DNA from: a virus
DNA length: 64,000 bases
Direction: 5' to 3' (one strand)
Virus record (IMG/VR): IMGVR_UViG_3300023109_000011
Coordinates: 1-64,000 of that record
A model generated the notes under the pieces. The model made no database searches and had not been told where the DNA came from. It saw only the letters and a program-made list of their open reading frames with translations. This document shows positions 36,632 through 45,600 of this stretch, in pieces; the first letter of the stretch is position 1; every line of letters begins with the position of its first letter. A program made the position numbers and the translations under genes.

Positions 36632-39600
36632 TTAACCCTTCAATAGTTGTTGTACCATTCCTTTCAATTCTTCAATTTGGTTGGCTTGACTATCGATTTG
36701 CTCTTGTTGTTCTTTAACTGCTTCAACTAAGAGACCAACCAGGTGTCCGTATTCAATAGAAAGAACATCTTCAATACCATCGTTATGAGCTGGTTTAGAT
36801 GCCGGTGCATTTGGATCATCACTTGTATTATCAGACGTGTCTTGTACAACAACAACTTCTGGAATAACTTCTTGAACTTCCTGAGCAATAAGACCAATAT
36901 CCTTATCACCCGAGTCTTTCCAGTTATATTCAACACCGCGAAGTTTCTTAACTTTATCTACAGCGTTTTCAATAGTAACAATATTCTCTTTTAGCCTTTC
37001 ATCAGAAGAGTAGAAGAAGCCTTGAGCCTGAATACCATTTGTACGAGTACGAAGTTTTTCAGAACCGTCGTGGTAAAGAATACAGTAAGAGTTGAGATCG
37101 AATCTCATCATCCATTCGTTATTAACGTCGTTGTACATACCAGCAACGCCGCCATTGTTGTGCATCATTACAACACGATCACCAATCGAGAATCCTTCGT
37201 ATCCGCCGCGTGACGCGCCATCAACACAGAATGAACCATAGTTACCATCAGGTGATCTTAATACAACACCATCATTCAGAGTAATACGACCCATTCGAGA
37301 AGTATTCTCTGTTCCTCGAATGTCAATTAACATGGCGGTGTTACTTCTGTAATATCGAAGACCGTTATCCTGAACAGTAGCATTGACATACATTGTTCCA
37401 CCTACATACCAGTTAATATATGTAGAATATCCAGACCTTGAATCTAAATGTAAGTTACCATTAGTTGTTGCAACAGAAGCATAAGAACCAGTCCAATGTC
37501 CGTTACCACCAACATACAGATATTGTCCCCAAGATGGGTTAGGTCCATGTAATGTACCACCTCGAATACGAAGGGCAGAGTTACTTGTTGAGTTAGGATC
37601 TAAGTAGTAGCCAGTATCGTTCCAATCATAATAAATTGGAGTACGAACATCAGAACTGAATACCGCTCTACTTGATATAGCAGCTCTAAATGAACCATTG
37701 TTAATAATCAACATACCATGGTCATTCAGTTGATTCGCACCACCTAGTCCACCAGCATTTGGATGTGACCAACCAATACCGTACATATTTGCAGCAGAGG
37801 TACCAGCAGAGTTCGGTCTATAAGAGGAACCCATTGCGAATACTAATTGTAATCTTGTAGAAGTATATGTTCCGGTTACACCTAATCCATAATTGTTAAA
37901 TGTGTGATAACCGTTTTGATTAGTGGTATTGATTATAGAAGTACTCGCCGGATCGATATAATAACCAGTATTATTAGTATCGTAATACCGGCCTGCATAC
38001 ATTGAACCACCGTTACCATTGTTTTCATCAAGTACCGGAATTGTTCTCCAAGTTCTCCAACCACCCCATGCACTTCTGAATCGTAAGTTGGTAATTGGTC
38101 CACCAACCATCTGCCAGCCATAACCACTTGTGTTAGAACTACGATAGTGATATGATTGAATGCCAACCCAGTGAGAAGTACCTGAAGGCTGGTTGCCTGG
38201 ATTAGACCAAGAATCAATAAAGCCTGAACCCCAAGTACTAACAACGTTCATGTCCTGGGTTCCCCAACCCATTGCACCAGTCCAATAGTTGGTATCTGAT
38301 GTTATTCGAGGACGTGCTCTATAGTACTCACCACTATTACGCGTATGGCCAGGCTGATTGATCCAAGCCATCGTACGGTTGTTAACACCTTCAAATCTTG
38401 TGCTGTGACCAGATGCTGGATCAATGTAGTAACCACTATTGTTTGAATCGTAGAAGATAGTACCGTAAATAGCACCATCACTACCAAAGTACTTGCTACC
38501 GTTCCAGTAGTTTTCTTTCAGAATGGCTCGGCCATTCATGTACATTTCATTTACGTTAAAGTAGAAGTTACTACGATCGGTGTAAATGTGTGCGTGAGAA
38601 CCGTTAGCCGGACCAAACTCGATGTATCCATAAGGAGTCTGGTGTCTCCATCCCCAAGAACCGCCATGTAAGTAGTATCCACTGTTTCCGTAATCAATAC
38701 TTGACAGTCGACTTCTTCCTGCTGGATCACAGAAGTAGTTCGAGTTATTTGAATCATAGAAGATATCAGCGTAAAGACCACCGGTGTTATTGCTGTTTTC
38801 TCCCATTACTGGAATTGTACGCCAAGTTCTAAATGATGACCAAGTACTACGGAATCTTAAGTTAGTAACTGGTCCACCAACCATCTGCCAACCATATCGA
38901 GCTGAACCATTAGTATAGTGGTATGCCTGCATTCCAACCCAGTGAGATGTACCTGAAGGCTGGTTGCCTGGATTACTCCAAGAATCAATAAAGCCTGAAC
39001 CCCAGTCGGCAACCGTGTTCATGTCAACACGGCTCCAACCCATTGCGCCGGTCCAGTAGTTCGTGTCACCTGTAATACGAGGACGTGCTTTGTAGTATTC
39101 AGCACTTGATCTTGTTTGACCAGATAGTGCCTGGAATGCCATTGTTAAGTTATCTACACCACGGAATCTTGAACTATTATCTGAAGCACCATTCCAACGA
39201 TAACCAGTATCATCTAAATCATAGAAGAGTGGAGCACGAGCAGAACCACGCATGACTGTATAGCCATAAGTAAATTCATTATAACTTCCATTCCAATAGT
39301 ATATCCAACCACGACTATTGTCGTGTATACCTACGTTATCGCCGCCAGTTGACATGAACACGTGGCGAGAACCGATACCCCAACCTGACCAGCCGTTTCG
39401 ACCAGTATTATATGTAGTTACGTTACCGTAAGAGTTACCACCTGCTTCTGGAGCCCACATTCCCTTTCCATAATCTTGGAAGTAGAATCCAGTACTGCCT
39501 TGAGCACGGAACCAGTTATTAGCGAGAACGTAGTGGAACTGAGACGTTGAATTAAAGTTTCCGTAATATCCAGTGTTGTCACGATCATAGAAAATCGGAG

Positions 39601-42600
39601 CTCGAATATCTGAGATGTGATCTAAGTAGTCAGTATTAATTCTGCTGTATGTCGTGTTTTGATAACGAACATCGAGCATTGTAGTGTTGTCAGAACTAAT
39701 TGAGTCACTATCAATAACAGTTCTTGCTTGCAATCTAATGTAGTCTGAAGAACCTAGACCATCGTTTTCAGAACCAATAACCATGGCTCCATTTTCACCA
39801 GTGTTATCATAGTCTGGATCATATGTAATGTAACCAAAGTCAGAAGGTGCATTAACACCTGAACGGAAGTAGAGTGATACCGGTTGATCGTTACCTGAGT
39901 GGAATTCAGCAGCAACATTACCCATGTACTCGGCAAGTCGCCCGCCGGCGTAAGCGGCTGATCCACCTGAATCACCTTCTCGACCTATGAACTGAGTACG
40001 ACCATAGAACTCAACTCGCTGTAATCTGGATGTACCATTAGGATCGAGATAACGACCTGTGTTATTAGTATCATAGAAGATTGGAGCACGGAATGATCCA
40101 AACGTACTAACATAACCAAGAGAGTTATTAATGTAGCCGTCGTATGCTAAGTACCATGCTTGTGTTGGGTAACTATCATTACCACCGATTGCTGCATACC
40201 AGCTTGATCTTCCACCGCCCCATCCACTTGCATACTTATAAAGTCCAGTGTTAACATGAGTGCGATAACCAGAACTATAAAGAGCAGTCTGGTGAGTAAG
40301 TGGTAAGTAACGACTTGTTCCACCGACATTGTAATCTCTATTACGAGTAGAAATTGGAGCGTTAGTCAATCCACTGATTGATGTTGACCAGTAATCTGTC
40401 GGATCATTAGCGTAGAATTGACCATTAGATGTTAATGTACTAACAACTTCTAATGTATTAAGTCTTGTATTTGAACGAGGATCAGTGTAGTAAGCACTAT
40501 CATTATAGTCATACATGATTGGAACATCAAGACGACCACTTATTAAGACCTGACCGTTACCACGAATAATTTGGTTCCAAGATCCACCGAATCCACCATC
40601 ACGGAAGATAATGTCTTCGTTACCTGACGTTGCAAATTCGAAGTGAGAATCATCAGACTCAGTTGCACGAATATATCCACGTAAGTTACCTGAACTTGTA
40701 TAGAAGTAAGCAGGTGCACCACCAAGATAGTTAATTCGATCTACACTCAGTGTATTCATTCTCGATGTTGAGTTAGGATCTGCGTAGTAGTTCGTGTTAT
40801 CACTATCATAGTAACGTTTTGCGTACATATCCCCAGTGTTAATATTCTGGTTGTATGTTGCAGTTACCTTCATCACTATCGTACGTTCTTTAGTACGACC
40901 TCCAGGCAGGCTAGAGTTTGTAATGTTAGTTACAAGGTTACGATCATCACCACCTGCGTCTCGTACGTGCACCGAGAAAGAGTTCCAGTAAGAAACACGT
41001 GGCCACCAGAAATGTAGTGTTCCGTTATATTGGAACACTTGCATGTCAGCAAAGCCAGGCTTACCAAAGTGCTGTCCAGAATAGTTGATAATAGTATCGT
41101 AGTACAAGTAACCCTGAGCAGTAAAGCTAAATGGTGGATCACCCGAGTAAGACTTACCTGTTGCTTCAAGTACGAACGAAGCACCGCTAGTTGCCGTCGC
41201 AGGAATACTTGTTGATACTAACGTACCTAATGTAAAGTCAGAACCTGAATGTCTATAAGTTCTTACATAATTTCCGCGGAGACGCAGATCATACAACTCA
41301 GATGTATTATCACCATGTATGTAGTAGTTTGTATTATTTCGATCATAGAAAATTGGAGCTCTAAACGAGTTTTCAGTATACACCTGTCGGTCATTTTGGA
41401 TCCACATAATGGAAACGTTATTACCGCTACTCCAACCACGACCAATACCATAGTGTGGGTTTGTTTGGTTAGGTGAATAACCGAAGTGTAATGATGTTGC
41501 ATTAGTACCAGCAATACCAATTACCCAATGCTTAAAGTTACCTGAAGAAGCATTTGCACTATCGTAAGCAGCAAATCTTAATGTTGGACCGTGAGTACCA
41601 TTACTAATCTGAGTCGACATAAGATTCAACTGAGGATACTGGCCTTTAATAACCAGATCCGGCCTGTTGAGCGCTGAGCCTTCCAAGATTCCGTTATATA
41701 AATTAGTTTCGTCACCAATATGTAATCTATGAACTATACGCTGTTGTAAGAATCTTGAAGTAGCATTTGGATTAGCATAGTAAGCAGTATCTTGGATGTC
41801 ATAGAATATCTGAGCTCTTGCGTCTCCAGCCATAACATATAAGTTACTACTTTCAACACGAGTGTGTGTATCACCTCGACCGACAGAGAATAGCAGAGAA
41901 CTTAAATCTTCGTTGTTGTAGAAACGAGTACCACCGTAGACTGCCTGAGCACCCATACGAATACCTGTATGCCACCTTAGATCAAGCTTGGTGTAGTTGC
42001 CACCGTAGTTTTCCATGTTGGTGCCGATGAAATAATTGCCTGCAGCATTACTATCACCACCACCAAACATTAACCTTGCACCAGTGGTGCTACTGTATGG
42101 GTTGTTTTGGAATGTACCACCAATTACAACTTGACCAGCAGTTCGCATACTATTAATTCGCGATTCTGCGTGAGGATTCGTGTAGTAAGCAGTGTCATCA
42201 GTATCGTAGAAAATTGGAGCTCTTACACTTGCAGCCGATTCAATAATACCTTGAGCATCAATACGATCGAGTGCGCGGATATCATCTGCTAACAAATTAG
42301 ATTCAGCATTACGTCGCTTAAGCATAATACCACCGTATTGGCGAAGAGCGCCACCGGCATTATAGTTCATTAAGATACGAATTCTTACATAGTAACAACC
42401 ACCGCCGTCTGAACCATTATAAGGTGTATGTGATGATGGTATTGTTGTATGACCACGTTGTGTCTGCCAACTAGTGTTCGTAAAATTGCTACCGCCAGAT
42501 ACGAAGTATGTTGTACCTGTGTTACCAGCAATAGCTCTCTTCTGACTATCAAATCTTTCAATACCGTAGTATAATAAACCACCTGAGCCTGAAATTAGTT

Positions 42601-45600
42601 TATGGGAAATCTCACCATAAATCTCTTCACCTGGGGCAACAGGAATATAATCAGAGTAGAATGTTCTATAAGCGGCCGATTGAAGAACATATGATCCAGC
42701 AAATGGACCGTCTGTTGTTCTTACAAATTCTGATGTCGTACCTGTAAGAGCGCTTTCGTTATCTGCCATTGGCTTAATAACACGCTTGTCAAAGTATTCT
42801 GTAGCATCAAATAGTACTAAGTCTGCTCCACCTGAACCGTATGACTTAATAAGACCAATGTTTTCGTTTCCACCATTTAGTAAGAAGTTACCAGCAGAAA
42901 CATTACCGATGAAGTGTGCATTACCGTTATCAAGGTCAATACTTGCTCTTAATTGACCTGAACCTACAAATACAATCTCATTTGGATTAGAAGTACTAAA
43001 GTGTGAATAAGCAGGATTATCATTACCAGCCCAGAAGATACCCCAGTTGCTAGCTGTTTGCCAGATCCAGTGAGTATAATCTTGAGCTCTTAATAGAACA
43101 TTATTACTGCCATTGCCCGAAGTTTGGAATCCTAATCTATCGTAAATGCCATTGACGCGAACGGCCGTGCTTGTGTTTCCACTTGCAAAGTTTCCATAAT
43201 AGTTCGTGTCATTTGAATCATAATAGATTGGTGCTCGCATTTGGTTATTAGCGAGGAAATAACCATTTTCTGTTTCAGCCTGTTTTGTGCCATTAAAGTG
43301 AAGCTCAGTAGATCCACCACGACGCCAGATTGTCATCCATTCATTGTCGATGTCATTGTAGATGCCGGCCTCATCAGCACTGCTTGACATGAATACAAAT
43401 CTGTCAGCAATAGAATAACCTTGCCATCCACCTTTACCACTACCATGAACAGACATTGAACCGTAATTACCGCCCGGCCAATCCATGTAAGTATCAGTAC
43501 TATTATCGTATGCAAAATAAATTCGGTTTGTTCTCAGCGTAGCAAGACGAGAAGTACTGTTTGGATCCACAAAATAGTTAGTGTCATTTCGATCATAGAA
43601 GAGCGGTGCTCGCATATCGCCAGTAACCTGAAGGATACCTGACGCTGCAGTAAAGAACATTCGAGCGGCACCAGAGCCGTAACCAACGTTACCCCATTCA
43701 AATTCTTGTGCATCAGATGCTAGTGTGCCTGATGTTCTATTGTATAAACGAGACTGCCAAGAACCATAATTTGTAGTACTTACACCGAAGTAAATATTGG
43801 TAGCGCCGCGTACTGCAACAGGGCCAGCAATATCTAAAGTAGCATTAGTTACAATACTCGATGTCGAGCCTACCGTTAGTTGATTAAGTACTGAACGGCT
43901 AGCGAAGTCACCATAGTATGCAGTGTTATTGCTGTCATAGAATATTGGTGCTCTAACGTCGCTATAATGACTCAAGTAATCAGTATTGATTATTGCAAGC
44001 TCAGTCAGTGCTGATCCATTCTTACGATAGAATCTAAAGTCACCACCATATTCCATAAATGAAATTCTATCAAGCAGAGCATATCCGGTTGTAGCATTAG
44101 TTGGATAACCTCTAAAGATGATACCGTGGTATTCATCATTGTGACCGTTTAATAAGCCATAAGATCCATTTGAAATAGTAAGTCTGTTAAGTCTATTATC
44201 AGCAAGTCCACTTCCATTAGGATTTAAACGATATGTGGTATCGTCCATATCGTAGAAGACTTGAGTCGTTATTTGTGATGACTTAAATTTCTCGTAACCA
44301 GTTCCTGGGTTATTTCTTATTGCGATCGTACCATCTGATTCAATAGCAATGTTCGATGCTACAACACCACCCCAATGGAATCCAAGATAAGGAGGAGTTG
44401 CTGCTCCTGTTGCTGTGTAATTACTTTCTCTTAATTCGATTGAAGCAGTAGAATAACCTGTGCCTGTTGAAGATGAAGCAAACTCAAAGTTGCCGAGTAG
44501 TTTAGCACCGTCGCCAGGTTCAATGTAATATGCTGTAGAATTAGAATCATAGTAACGAGGTGCATAAACATTGACTGCAAAGTCTGCAGAATTATTATCG
44601 ATGTTGAAGCGCTGGGTGCCGTTTGTCCAAATTCTAAATGTATCGTTTGCTTCAAAACCAAAGAATGTATTTGTATCACCACGATGACGAATGTAGTCGT
44701 CGATGTCGATACGATTCATCTGAGATGTGCCAGCAAAGTCACCATAATAGTTTACATCATCTGAATCATAAACTATACTAAAGTATGCAGAGCCGGTCGA
44801 GTATAATGCTTTGTTATTTCGTACGCGGAGGTACGTGGCATCGGTCATATACCAACCGCCGCCCCATCCGAATCCTAATTCTTCGTCTTTCAGGAATGAA
44901 GATGTACCACGTCCAAATACAATAGCATCATCATTACCATTAAGTTGAATACCACCATTGACATGTAGTTTGCTATTTGTTATACTACCAACTAATGGAG
45001 TATTATCCATTGAGGTGTATGTTACAGAAGAACCGCCAACTATGACGTTATTATTAGTTTCCTCAGCAACAAGAATTTCACCACCACCGGTATCCCAGAA
45101 TCCTGCGGTTGTACCTGCTGGTGGAACAATGTAGAAGTTTCCGCTTGAGTCACCTCTAAACTGAGTTCCGTTAGCACCATCATGGTAGAAATTAATGTAT
45201 CGATTACCGTTAGCATAAGGATTGGCGCTAGCATCGATAATGTTCATGTACATCAATGCGTATCCACCGGCCGAGTTACCACTAATTCCTACCGTGGTAT
45301 TTTGACCAGAAGCATATGAACCGTGGTTCATTAACGAGATGCCACCGTTGCCTGTGCTATCATCCCATCTTGCAGCATCGGAGACATTACCGATTAACAC
45401 CTTACCATTCAATGTGGCAGCGGTGTCTGTAGAAGCAGGATCTACAAAGTAAGCGCCATCGCTTCGATCGACAAATCTATTTGCAAGTAAGTCGCTAAAG
45501 ACTGTTGTATTTGTGTTGGTAATGTTTACACGTTCGACATTATCAGTAACAAAAGTAATACTATCATCGGCATCAAAACCTAGATAAGTAGTCGTGTCAC

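Noticed and set aside
38037-39100. Possible diversity-generating retroelement TR/VR pair
   Set aside because: Both copies are in frame in one gene, differences are largely synonymous and not adenine-specific, and no reverse transcriptase is in the window
39300-44900. Shufflon, suggested by PilV-like motifs (NNWFRAQG, GGGWYMTD)
   Set aside because: Only a shared fibre repeat; no invertase, inverted cassettes or crossover sites seen
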